Of a DNA stretch of 64,000 bases, positions 8,743-17,501 are shown in pieces. Source of the DNA: Akkermansia muciniphila (GTDB lineage Bacteria; Verrucomicrobiota; Verrucomicrobiia; Limisphaerales; SIAT01); the NCBI GenBank assembly GCA_945860945.1, contig CAMASG010000002.1, positions 19,086 to 83,085 of the forward strand. Reading direction: 5' to 3'. Made by a program: the position numbers and the translations under genes. Under the pieces are notes generated by a model. That model was not told the origin of the DNA. It searched no databases and saw only the letters and a list, made by a program, of their open reading frames with translations. Every line of letters starts with the position of its first letter. Position 1 is the first letter of the stretch.

Positions 8743-10008
8743 TCACTCGGCCAGATACGGAATCGTCAGCGGTCCTTGTGGGAGGACGGCCACGCGAGCC
8801 TCGGGGCCTGCTTTGGCCAATGCCTCGCGGACGGTCGCGCCGATGTCTCGGCACGGAGTGAGGTGACAGGCGCGAACGATGTCGTCCGGCAGCGAGCTGT
8901 GGACGAGCACGTGCGCGCGGCGCTGGATGAGAGCCTGAATCTGCGCCTGCCATTGCTCGGGACGCACGAAGCCCGGCGTGGCCAACATCGTGAGAATTTC
9001 CTCCGGTCCGTGCGCGCTGCGAAGCAGATTATCGAGCGGGCTTTTCGCCGGCACACCTTCACTGCATTCGCAGGCGAGGATGATTGTGCCGCCCGGCTTT
9101 ACGATACGCGCAGCGGCGCTCATGCCTTTCACGCCTTGATACAGATTCATGTCGAGTGGGTAACCACTGTTGGTGGTGACCACGACATCAAACGGCGCGG
9201 CGACACGCTGCATCGCCGATTCCTTCACGTAAGCGCAACCGGCGCGGTGAGCCTCGGTGAGATCGCCCGTGAAAACATTAGTGATGGCCCGGTGTTCATT
9301 GAGAGTGACGTTCGTGAGGAAGGTCGGTCCTGTGCGCAGCGCGATCTCGCGCAGTTCTTCCCAGAGCGGATTACCGAAGGTGACGCCAAACGTCGCCTTC
9401 GAATCGCCGATGTTCTTCGCGCCGTGGTTGCTCATCACCGTGCGCAAGCCGGCGACGCCGGGCATCAAACCTTTCGGTCCACCGCTGAAACCGGCGAAGA
9501 AGTGCGGCTCGATGAAACCCGTTACGATGCGCAAATCGGCGGCGACGGCGTGGCGGTTAAGGAGCGCCGGCGTGCCGTCTTTGGTCGTTCCGAGTTGAAC
9601 GAGCGCGGCTTCGTTTTCCGGCTCGTGGTTCAACACGCGATAGTTCCGCACCACATCGGCCGTGAGCATTTTCTCCAGCTCGGATTGGGTGTTGGGACGA
9701 TGTGTGCCGAGTTGATTGAGCAACGTGAGATTTTCGCGCGGGACGAAAGAGAGATACTCGAGCAACCACGGGATGATTCGGTCGTTCGGCGTGGCGCGCG
9801 TCAGATCGGTGAAGAGGATGCAGATTTTGTCGGCCGGCTTGATTCGAGCGCGTAGTGGCTCACTAGCAGTCGGATTGTCGAGCGCATGGAGGAACGCGCT
9901 CTTCTCGTCGGCGAGACCGGCGCGTTCGGCTGGCGTGATGACGGTGGTGCGGCCGTCGGGGAATTCGGCTTCGAGGTGACCTTGGCCGTAGGCGAGTTTG
10001 ACTTTCAT
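8743..10008 (-). CDS. LarA-like (DUF2088) nickel-pincer-dependent racemase/epimerase family protein
   Basis: 421 aa. The N-terminus MKVKLAYGQGHLEAEFP fits the family, and EPHFFAGFSGGPKGLMPG resembles the Lys-containing cofactor-tether region of lactate racemase. Confidence 0.7.
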   Translation of the reverse strand: MKVKLAYGQGHLEAEFPDGRTTVITPAERAGLADEKSAFLHALDNPTASEPLRARIKPADKICILFTDLTRATPNDRIIPWLLEYLSFVPRENLTLLNQLGTHRPNTQSELEKMLTADVVRNYRVLNHEPENEAALVQLGTTKDGTPALLNRHAVAADLRIVTGFIEPHFFAGFSGGPKGLMPGVAGLRTVMSNHGAKNIGDSKATFGVTFGNPLWEELREIALRTGPTFLTNVTLNEHRAITNVFTGDLTEAHRAGCAYVKESAMQRVAAPFDVVVTTNSGYPLDMNLYQGVKGMSAAARIVKPGGTIILACECSEGVPAKSPLDNLLRSAHGPEEILTMLATPGFVRPEQWQAQIQALIQRRAHVLVHSSLPDDIVRACHLTPCRDIGATVREALAKAGPEARVAVLPQGPLTIPYLAE

Positions 10009-10091
10009 TTTACTTCAAAAGACGTGCCATCATAGGCCGTGTCCGCGGCGTCTGGCAAAGTCAATTCACGCGGCTTGTCGGCACGTCGGCG

Positions 10092-10910
10092 TTGTGGTTA
10101 ATTCCTGCCGTGGAGAGGAACTGGTTCACCCGCACCGCGATTGTCGCCGCCGTCTGCTTACTAGCAGTCGGTTGCGCGACTGTGCCGGAGACTGGCCGCA
10201 CGCAAATCAATTTCATTTCTCCCACCGCCGAGTTCTCGCTTGGCAAGGCGGTCTTCGCGGATGTTAAAAGACAGTACACTGCCAGCCGCGATACGAATGC
10301 CATCGCGATGGTGATGAAGGTCGGTCGGCGCATCGCCAGCGTGGCAAATCTGCCGCGTGCGGAATGGGAATTCGTTCTCTTCGAAAGTCCGGAAGTGAAC
10401 GCTTTCTGTTTACCCGGAGGCAAGATTGGCGTGTTCAGCGGTATCTTGAAATTAACCAAAGACGAAGCCGGCCTCGCCGCCGTGCTCGGGCACGAGGTGG
10501 CGCACGCCGTGGCGCATCACGGTGCCGAGCGAATGAGCCAGGGAATGCTCATTGGCCTCGCTGGCGCTGGCGTGGAAGCGGCCCTTTCGAAGCGGGCCAG
10601 TTCGCGCACAGCCGCCACAGCCGCGGCGGCATTCGGTATCGGGATGCTCATCGGTATCGAATTGCCACACAGCCGCGCGAATGAGTCGGAGGCCGACCGC
10701 ATTGGTCTGCTGTACATGGCTCGAGCGGGTTACGATCCCAGTGAAGCGGTGAATTTTTGGCAGCGGATGGCCGAACAGGACAAGGGGAGTAAATCCGGCC
10801 CATGGTTCCTGCGCACCCATCCCGTGGGCGAGCAGCGTATTGAAGATCTTAAGAAATGGATGCCCGAGGCTAGGCTTCAATACCGCCCGCGCGCTGATGA
10901 AGTAAAATGA
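10092..10910 (+). CDS. M48 family zinc metallopeptidase, lipoprotein
   Basis: HEVAHAVAHH (HExxH) with downstream ESEADRIG. Lipobox-like LLAVGC. The track start is TTG, so the true start is uncertain. Confidence 0.8.
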   Translation: MWLIPAVERNWFTRTAIVAAVCLLAVGCATVPETGRTQINFISPTAEFSLGKAVFADVKRQYTASRDTNAIAMVMKVGRRIASVANLPRAEWEFVLFESPEVNAFCLPGGKIGVFSGILKLTKDEAGLAAVLGHEVAHAVAHHGAERMSQGMLIGLAGAGVEAALSKRASSRTAATAAAAFGIGMLIGIELPHSRANESEADRIGLLYMARAGYDPSEAVNFWQRMAEQDKGSKSGPWFLRTHPVGEQRIEDLKKWMPEARLQYRPRADEVK

Positions 10911-12007
10911 ACATCCCTTTCCTGAACCTCGCGGCGCAATACGCATCGCTCGAGCACGAACTTCTGCCGGTCGTCACGCAAACTCTCGCCAAGGGTCACT
11001 ACGTCCTCGGTCCGAACGTCGATGCCTTCGAAAAGGAAGTCGCCGCGTTCACGCAAACCCGGTTTGGCATCGGTGTGAACTCCGGTTCCGATGCGCTCAC
11101 GTTGGCGTTGCGCGCTCTCGACATCGGTCCCGGCGACGAGGTGATCACTTCACCTTTCACCTATATCGCGCCGGCGGAGGCGATTCATCAGACCGGCGCC
11201 CGAATCGTGTTTGCGGACATTCATTCTCAGACGTTCAATATCAATCCCGCCGATGTGGCGCGGAAACTGACGCCGAAGACGAAGGCAATCATCCCCATTC
11301 ATCTGTTCGGCCAAGCCGCGCCGTTAAAAGAGCTTTTCGCGTTGACCCAACCGCGCGGCATCCACGTTGTCGAGGATTGCGCGCAGGCGATCGGCGCGAC
11401 GCACGAAGGCAAGCCCGTCGGCGGCCACGGACAGATTGGTTGCTTCAGTTTTTATCCCACGAAAAACCTCGGCGCGAATGGCGACGGCGGCATGGTGGTC
11501 ACGGATGACGAAGCGCTCGCGAAAAAGCTTCGGATGCTGCGCGTGCACGGAATCGAGCGCCGCTACTATCACGACTTGCACGGCTACAATTCGCGACTCG
11601 ACGAACTGCAGGCGGCCATTTTGCGCGTGAAGCTGCCGCGCTTGAATGGCTGGAACGCCCGCCGCGCGCAAATCGCCGAGCGTTACCGCGCAGGGTTCGC
11701 CGGATTGCCGGTGGAGTTGCCTATCACGGCCACTGGTAATTCGCATGTCTTCCACGTTTTTGCTTTGCTGGCCGACCGACGCGACGAACTGCAGCAGTTC
11801 CTCGACGAGCGCGGCGTGCCGACCCTCATCTATTACCCGCAGCCGCTCCACTTGCAGAAAGTTTATGCCGACCTCGGATACAAAGTCGGGGATTTCCCAG
11901 TCGCCGAGTCGGTTTCGAAACGCATCTTGCCGCTGCCGATGTATCCCGAGTTGACCGATGAACAGGCGGATTACGTCGTCTCGGTTATTCGGCAGTTTGC
12001 TTTCTGA
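10907..12007 (+). CDS. DegT/DnrJ/EryC1/StrS family sugar aminotransferase
   Basis: 366 aa. Typical motifs DEVITSPFTYIA, FSFYPTKNLGANGDGGMVVTDD and NSRLDELQAAILRVKL. ATGA overlap with the upstream gene. Confidence 0.9.
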   Translation: MNIPFLNLAAQYASLEHELLPVVTQTLAKGHYVLGPNVDAFEKEVAAFTQTRFGIGVNSGSDALTLALRALDIGPGDEVITSPFTYIAPAEAIHQTGARIVFADIHSQTFNINPADVARKLTPKTKAIIPIHLFGQAAPLKELFALTQPRGIHVVEDCAQAIGATHEGKPVGGHGQIGCFSFYPTKNLGANGDGGMVVTDDEALAKKLRMLRVHGIERRYYHDLHGYNSRLDELQAAILRVKLPRLNGWNARRAQIAERYRAGFAGLPVELPITATGNSHVFHVFALLADRRDELQQFLDERGVPTLIYYPQPLHLQKVYADLGYKVGDFPVAESVSKRILPLPMYPELTDEQADYVVSVIRQFAF

Positions 12008-12077
12008 TGCACAGTTAGTTTCGGCTGGTTTGGTTTTCCGCTCGCGAGCAAGTAGTTCGTTGAATTAGAGTTGGCGC

Positions 12078-13652
12078 ATGCACAGATTATTGAGCCGGTT
12101 TTTGTTTCTTCCCATCTTCCTATCCATTGCCGCCGCCACGCTGTCTGCCGCGGATGCTGCGCACGAGTTGGTGCTGCACACTCGCCAGCAGGTGAAGGCC
12201 GCCGATTCATTTAATCCGAAAGAGGAAACGTTGCGCTGGGATGCGCGCAAGACCGCGCTCGTCGTCTGCGACATGTGGGACAAGCACTGGTGCGCTGGGG
12301 CGACACGCCGAGGAGGCGAGATGGCGCCGCGGATGAATCAGGTCGTGGCCGAGGCGCGCCGCCGCGGTGTGCTCATCATTCACGCGCCGAGCGATACGAT
12401 GGCGAACTATGACGGAACATCGCAGCGCAAGTTCGCGCAGGCCGCTCCGGTGGCCGAGGCGAAAATCCCGCTTCAACGTTGGTGCCAGATTGACCTTCAA
12501 CGCGAAGCGCCGCTGCCGATTGATGATTCGGATGGCGGTTGTGATTGTGAACCGCGTTGCAAAAATTATCGCGCGTGGAGCGGTCAAGCCAAGACCATTG
12601 AAATCAAGGAAGGCGATGCCGTCACCGACTCTACCGAGGCTTACAATCTGATGCAGCAGCGGGGAATCGAGAACGTCATCGTGCTTGGTGTGCACATAAA
12701 CATGTGTGTGCTCGGCCGGCCGTTTTCCATCCGCCAGATGGTGTATCAGGGGAAGAACGTGGTGCTGATGCGCGACATGACCGATGCGATGTACAACCCG
12801 CGCGCGCGACCGTTCGTGGATCATTGTCGCGGCAACGAGTTGGTTGTTGATCACATCGAGAAATACTGGTGCCCGAGCATCACGAGCAGTGATTTCGTCG
12901 GTGGCGCGCCGTTTGCCTTCAAAGAAGACAAGCGTCCGCACGTGGTCTTTGTCATCAGTGAACCGGAATACAAAACCGAAGAGACCTTGCCGCTTTTCGC
13001 GCGTGCGGAACTGGAATCGCGTGGGCTGCGTTGCACGTTCGTCCACAGTCGCGCGGGCAAACTAAACGAGTTTCCGGATATCGCGGCAGTGAAGAATGCC
13101 GACTTGCTGGTACTCAGTGTGCGGCGGCAAATTCCGCCGGCCGATCAATTGGAATTCATCCGCGCGCACCTCAAGGCCGGAAAGCCCCTCGTGGGAATTC
13201 GGACTGCAAGTCACGCGTTCCAGGCTGGCAAAGGCGATGTGAAGGCCGGTTGGCCGACCTTCGATGTGGAGATTCTTGGAGGCCGTTACGAAGGGCATTA
13301 CGGCAAAAAGGTGAATGAACCATCGGCTCACGTAAAGATGGTTGCGGCAGCGGCGAAACATCCGGTGCTGGCGGGCGTGACGGTCGATGAATTTCCCGTC
13401 ACGTCGCATCTCTATAAAAACCGCGACCTCGCAAAGTCGGTTACCACGTTGATGACCGGCCGCGTGGATGGACAGACGGAGCCGGCGGTGTGGGTGAACA
13501 CGGCGGAGAATCGCCGCGTATTCTACACTTCGCTCGGAAATCCCGACGACTTCGCGCTGCCGAATTTCCGTCGGTTACTGCTCAACGCGGTGTTTTGGTC
13601 GCTCGACAAACCTGTGGCTGTGCGCGAGGGCGAACGTGCCGCAGGGAAATGA
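12078..13652 (+). CDS. Secreted two-domain protein: isochorismatase-like hydrolase fused to a ThuA-like domain
   Basis: Signal peptide. The N-terminal half resembles the isochorismatase/cysteine-hydrolase family (ALVVCDMWDKHWC, NVIVLGVHINMCVLG). The C-terminal half resembles ThuA (HVVFVISEPEY, HPVLAGV, RVFYTSLGNPDDF). Confidence 0.65.
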   Translation: MHRLLSRFLFLPIFLSIAAATLSAADAAHELVLHTRQQVKAADSFNPKEETLRWDARKTALVVCDMWDKHWCAGATRRGGEMAPRMNQVVAEARRRGVLIIHAPSDTMANYDGTSQRKFAQAAPVAEAKIPLQRWCQIDLQREAPLPIDDSDGGCDCEPRCKNYRAWSGQAKTIEIKEGDAVTDSTEAYNLMQQRGIENVIVLGVHINMCVLGRPFSIRQMVYQGKNVVLMRDMTDAMYNPRARPFVDHCRGNELVVDHIEKYWCPSITSSDFVGGAPFAFKEDKRPHVVFVISEPEYKTEETLPLFARAELESRGLRCTFVHSRAGKLNEFPDIAAVKNADLLVLSVRRQIPPADQLEFIRAHLKAGKPLVGIRTASHAFQAGKGDVKAGWPTFDVEILGGRYEGHYGKKVNEPSAHVKMVAAAAKHPVLAGVTVDEFPVTSHLYKNRDLAKSVTTLMTGRVDGQTEPAVWVNTAENRRVFYTSLGNPDDFALPNFRRLLLNAVFWSLDKPVAVREGERAAGK

Positions 13653-13706
13653 GTTGCAGCGGAGGGCGTCATTGACTACGTTTCGCTGCCCGTTTTCCAG
13701 CGGGAC

Positions 13707-13781
13707 GGGTTGGTAGCTCAATGGTAGAGCATCTGGCTTTTAACCAGGTGGTTCCGGGTTCGAGTCCCGGCCAACCCACCA
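13707..13781 (+). tRNA. tRNA-Lys (anticodon UUU), CCA encoded
   Basis: Hand-folded cloverleaf: acceptor GGGTTGG/CCAACCC, D arm GCTC-AATGGTA-GAGC, anticodon arm TCTGG-CTTTTAA-CCAGG, T arm CCGGG-TTCGAGT-CCCGG, discriminator A, then CCA. Confidence 0.95.
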
Positions 13782-13818
13782 TTCTTCAGCGAATCTTGGA
13801 GAATCCCTCGAGGTTCGT

Positions 13819-15348
13819 TCAGTTCTTCGGCTTCAACTGCGGAAAGAGAATCACGTCGCGAATGCTCTCCTGACCCAGGAGCATCATGCAGAGGCGATCG
13901 ATACCGATGCCGATGCCACCCGCCGGAGGCATTCCATGCTCGAGCGAAACGAGGAAGTCTTCGTCGAGTTTCTGCTGCTCACCGCCGGCTTGATGTTCGA
14001 GCGTGTCGCGCTGAGCGATGGGGTCGTTCTGCTCCGTGTAGGCGGGAGCGATCTCTTGGCCATTGATGCAGCATTCGAAAACCTCGACGGTCGTCGGGTC
14101 GTCGGGCGAGAGTTTGGCCAGTGGCACGAGTTCCTTCGGCAGATGCGTGACGAATGTTGGCTGAATCAGTGTGGGTTCGACGAGTTTCTCGAACACAGCG
14201 CTCGTCACTTCAAAGTCTTCGTAAGCGGTGCCGATGTCGCCGGAGAGTTTCAGATCTTCGACGGCGCGGCGGCGGCGTTCTGCGGGCGTGACGTCGAACC
14301 AATCCGCACCAGCTTTCTCGCGCACGAGATCTTTGTAGCGCACGCGGCGCCAGTTTGGCGTGAGGTTGATGGTCTTCACCACATTGCCTTCGCCGTCTTT
14401 GTGCTCAATGACGAGTGTGCCGAGGACGGCTTGTGATACGTGGCAAATCATCGACTGCAACAGTTCCATCATCGTCTCGTAGTCGCCGAAAGCTTGGTAA
14501 GCCTCGAGCATCGTGAACTCGGGATTGTGTCGGCGAGAGAGACCTTCGTTGCGGAAGTTGCGGCCAATTTCGAACACGCGGTCGATGCCGCCGACGAGCA
14601 GGCGCTTGAGATAAAGCTCCAGCGCGATACGCAGGTAGAACTGGCAACCGAGCGCCTTGTGCTGCGTGATGAACGGTTGCGCGGCCGCGCCGCCAGGAAT
14701 GGCCTGCATCATCGGCGTCTCCACTTCCACGTAGCCGAGCGCGTGAAGGAAGTTGCGGATCTCCCGGATGATCTGGCTGCGCTTGAGGAAAGTATCCTTC
14801 ACGCTGTCGTTGGCGATGAGGTCGAGATAACGCTGGCGGTAACGCGTCTCGGTGTCTTCAAGTCCGTGCCACTTGGCCGGCGGCGGCCGCAACGCTTTGG
14901 CGAGGATGATGAACGACTCGAGCTTCACCGAGATTTCGCCGGTGCGCGTGGTGAAGAGCGTGCCGGTGATGCCGATGAAATCGCCGAGGTCGAGGTGCTT
15001 GAAGATGTCGTACTGATCGTCGCCGAGAACGTTCTTCTGCGCGTACGCCTGGATGCGGCCGGACTGATCTTTGATGTCGATGAACTGGCTTTTACCCATG
15101 TCGCGGTGGGCGGAGATGCGGCCGGCGAGCGAGACGGCGCGGTGCTCGATGTAGTTCGCGCGCGCTTCCCCGCACTTTTCGGTCGGCGTAAACTTGTTGC
15201 GGAACGGGTCGATGCCTTTGGCGCGCAACGCGGCGAGCTTGGCTTTGCGCTGCTCGATGAGACCGTTGGTCTCGGCGGCCAGTTCAGCGGCAGTCGGAGC
15301 GGGCGCGGGCGGCGTGGGTTGCGGTGCGGATGCTTTCTTCTCGTCCAT
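13819..15348 (-). CDS. lysS: Lysine--tRNA ligase, class II
   Basis: Class II motifs FRNEGLSRRHNPEFTMLEAYQAF and GGIGIGIDRLCMMLLG. The start is moved to ATG 15348 (MDEKKAS). Confidence 0.95.
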   Translation of the reverse strand: MDEKKASAPQPTPPAPAPTAAELAAETNGLIEQRKAKLAALRAKGIDPFRNKFTPTEKCGEARANYIEHRAVSLAGRISAHRDMGKSQFIDIKDQSGRIQAYAQKNVLGDDQYDIFKHLDLGDFIGITGTLFTTRTGEISVKLESFIILAKALRPPPAKWHGLEDTETRYRQRYLDLIANDSVKDTFLKRSQIIREIRNFLHALGYVEVETPMMQAIPGGAAAQPFITQHKALGCQFYLRIALELYLKRLLVGGIDRVFEIGRNFRNEGLSRRHNPEFTMLEAYQAFGDYETMMELLQSMICHVSQAVLGTLVIEHKDGEGNVVKTINLTPNWRRVRYKDLVREKAGADWFDVTPAERRRRAVEDLKLSGDIGTAYEDFEVTSAVFEKLVEPTLIQPTFVTHLPKELVPLAKLSPDDPTTVEVFECCINGQEIAPAYTEQNDPIAQRDTLEHQAGGEQQKLDEDFLVSLEHGMPPAGGIGIGIDRLCMMLLGQESIRDVILFPQLKPKN

Positions 15349-15476
15349 AAATCGATTCTGATGAAACACGGAAAGGGCAGGGGACTTCAATCCTCATTGT
15401 TGCGCGAAGGCCGGCATTGTCAGGCGCGCGGCGATGGATTAGCCTCCATCCGCCGTTCACGGAACAGAAACTCTTT

Positions 15477-15875
15477 ATGAAGAAAACGCTCGTTTGTCTC
15501 TCGCTTGCAATCCTCGTGGTGCTGTCAGCGCTGCCAGTGTTTGGTGCCGAAAAGAAAGCCGCGACCGCGCCGCGCCTGCTGCGACACGTGGTGATGTTCA
15601 AGTTCAAGGCCGACGCCAAGCCCTCGGAGGTTCAAAAGGTTGTGGACGCGTTCGGTGATTTGAAAAAGAAAATCTCACAGGTCGCCGCTTACGAATGGGG
15701 TACGAACAATAGTCCCGAGAACCTGAACAAAGGTTTCACGCATTGCTTCGTCCTCAGTTTCAAAACTGAGAAAGACCGCGACGCGTATCTGCCGCACCCC
15801 GACCACAAGGCTTTCGTGGGCTTGCTCAAGCCGGTGCTCGAAGAGGCGTTCGTGATTGATTATTGGACGAACTGA
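15477..15875 (+). CDS. Secreted Dabb (stress-responsive alpha/beta barrel) domain protein
   Basis: Signal peptide MKKTLVCLSLAILVVLSALPVFG from the internal ATG at 15477. Dabb-like HVVMFKFK...AYEWGTNNS...HCFVLSFK. Confidence 0.75.
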   Translation: MKKTLVCLSLAILVVLSALPVFGAEKKAATAPRLLRHVVMFKFKADAKPSEVQKVVDAFGDLKKKISQVAAYEWGTNNSPENLNKGFTHCFVLSFKTEKDRDAYLPHPDHKAFVGLLKPVLEEAFVIDYWTN

Positions 15876-15895
15876 TTCGTCAAAACCGAACTACG

Positions 15896-16903
15896 ATGAG
15901 CCTGCATAACCTTGGCCGTTTCCCCGCTTACCGTCCGCGCCGACTGCGCGGTTCACCCGCTCTGCGCCGTCTCGTGCGCGAGACACGTCTGAGCGTCGAG
16001 CAGTTCGTACTGCCGCTGTTCGTGCGCGCAGGCCGAAAGTTGCGCCAACCGATTAGCTCGATGCCGGGCGTGTTCCAGCTTTCACCGGACGAGTTGGTGA
16101 AGGAGGCGACGAAAGCGTTTCAAGCCGGTGTTCCGGCGGTGTTGATTTTCGGTATTCCAGATAAGAAGGACGAAAAGGCGTCGGGAGCCTACGCGAAGAA
16201 CGGCATTGTGCAGCAGGCGGTGCGGTTGCTGAAGAGCGAGTTGCCGGAGTTGCTCGTCATCACGGACGTCTGCCTGTGCGAATACATGAGCCACGGGCAC
16301 TGCGGTGTGGTGCATCGTGACGATCACGGCGTCTGCATCGAGAACGATGCGTCGCTGAAGCTGCTCGCTCGCGCGGCGGTGAGCCACGCCGAGGCGGGTG
16401 CGGATTTGCTCGCGCCGAGTGACATGATGGACGGCCGTGTGCGCGCCATCCGCGAGGCGCTTGATGGCGCTGGATTCACGAACACGCCGATCATGTCGTA
16501 CGCAGCGAAGTTCGCTTCCGCTTTCTACGGGCCGTTCCGCGAAGCGGCGGAATCGACGCCGAAGTTCGGCGACCGTCGGAGTTACCAGATGGATCCCGCC
16601 AACGCCGAAGAGGCGCTCCGCGAAGTGGCGCTCGATCTTCAGGAAGGCGCGGACATCGTGATGGTGAAGCCGGCGCTGGCCTATCTGGACATCGTGCGGC
16701 GCGTGAAGGACGAGTTCGCCTGTCCCACGGCGGCTTACTCGGTGAGCGGCGAGTATTCGATGATCAAAGCGGCGGCGGCGAAGGGTTGGCTGGACGAGAA
16801 GGCAGCAACATTAGAGAGCCTGCTATCGTTGCGCCGCGCGGGCGCGGACATAATCATCACCTACGCAGCGGTGGATGTGGCGGGTTGGCTGCGCGAAGGC
16901 TGA
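15896..16903 (+). CDS. hemB: Porphobilinogen synthase (delta-aminolevulinate dehydratase), Zn type
   Basis: PRRLR N-terminus, Cys-rich zinc site DVCLCEYMSHGHCG, and active-site region IVMVKPALAYLD. The start is moved to ATG 15896. Confidence 0.95.
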   Translation: MSLHNLGRFPAYRPRRLRGSPALRRLVRETRLSVEQFVLPLFVRAGRKLRQPISSMPGVFQLSPDELVKEATKAFQAGVPAVLIFGIPDKKDEKASGAYAKNGIVQQAVRLLKSELPELLVITDVCLCEYMSHGHCGVVHRDDHGVCIENDASLKLLARAAVSHAEAGADLLAPSDMMDGRVRAIREALDGAGFTNTPIMSYAAKFASAFYGPFREAAESTPKFGDRRSYQMDPANAEEALREVALDLQEGADIVMVKPALAYLDIVRRVKDEFACPTAAYSVSGEYSMIKAAAAKGWLDEKAATLESLLSLRRAGADIIITYAAVDVAGWLREG

Positions 16904-16910
16904 GCGCAGG

Positions 16911-17417
16911 TCACTTCACCATCGTCATCGTCCACACGAGGAGCCCGATGACGATGAGGCAGAGTGCGATGCCGATGGCGATGAAGATCGTTTGGCCGCG
17001 CGAGCTTTTCTGGTGAAAGTCCGTCGGCGTGTGAACCGGTCGTTTGCCGGTCTCGAGTTCCGCTGGATTCACGCCGCGCCGCATCGGCAGGATTTTCGCG
17101 GTGCCTTTCTTTCGCGGTGCCTCTACCACGCCTTCGCCGCCGATCTGGAAATCAATGAACCCGAGCCGGAAGACCTGCCCAGGCATCAGCACTGCTTCAA
17201 CGATTTGTTCGTCGCCGATGAAGCTGCCGTTGGTCGAACCGATGTCGCGGAAGGTGACCTCCTCGCCGTTCACGGTGAATTCCCCGTGGTAGCTCGAGAT
17301 GGAGGCATCGGGGATGTGGACGACGTTGTCCTCGGAACGGCCGACGGTACTCACCCCGTCTTGGAGTTCATACGTCTTCACGGGCACACTCTCCGTAAGG
17401 ACGATTAGTTTTGGCAT
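16911..17417 (-). CDS. FHA domain protein with C-terminal membrane anchor
   Basis: FHA core VGRSEDNVVHIPDASISSYHGEF...DIGSTNGSF, and C-terminal TM segment IFIAIGIALCLIVIGLLVW. Confidence 0.8.
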   Translation of the reverse strand: MPKLIVLTESVPVKTYELQDGVSTVGRSEDNVVHIPDASISSYHGEFTVNGEEVTFRDIGSTNGSFIGDEQIVEAVLMPGQVFRLGFIDFQIGGEGVVEAPRKKGTAKILPMRRGVNPAELETGKRPVHTPTDFHQKSSRGQTIFIAIGIALCLIVIGLLVWTMTMVK

Positions 17418-17501
17418 GCGCGCGTTGGGTGACGGCTGGGGTATTTCCTTTGTAACAGCCGACGCCTGCGTATGTCAAAATTTATTCTGAATATTTTGGA
17501 A

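Noticed and set aside
17449-17498. AT-rich patch downstream of carA and upstream of the FHA gene. It contains the imperfect palindrome CAAAAT...ATTTTG (17476-17498) and, on the minus strand, a TTGACA-N17/18-TACAAA promoter-like pair.
   Set aside because: The palindrome has internal mismatches, an all-AT stem and no U-tract, so it is not a convincing terminator. The -10 match is 4/6, and promoter consensus in this lineage is unknown to me. I did not annotate either.
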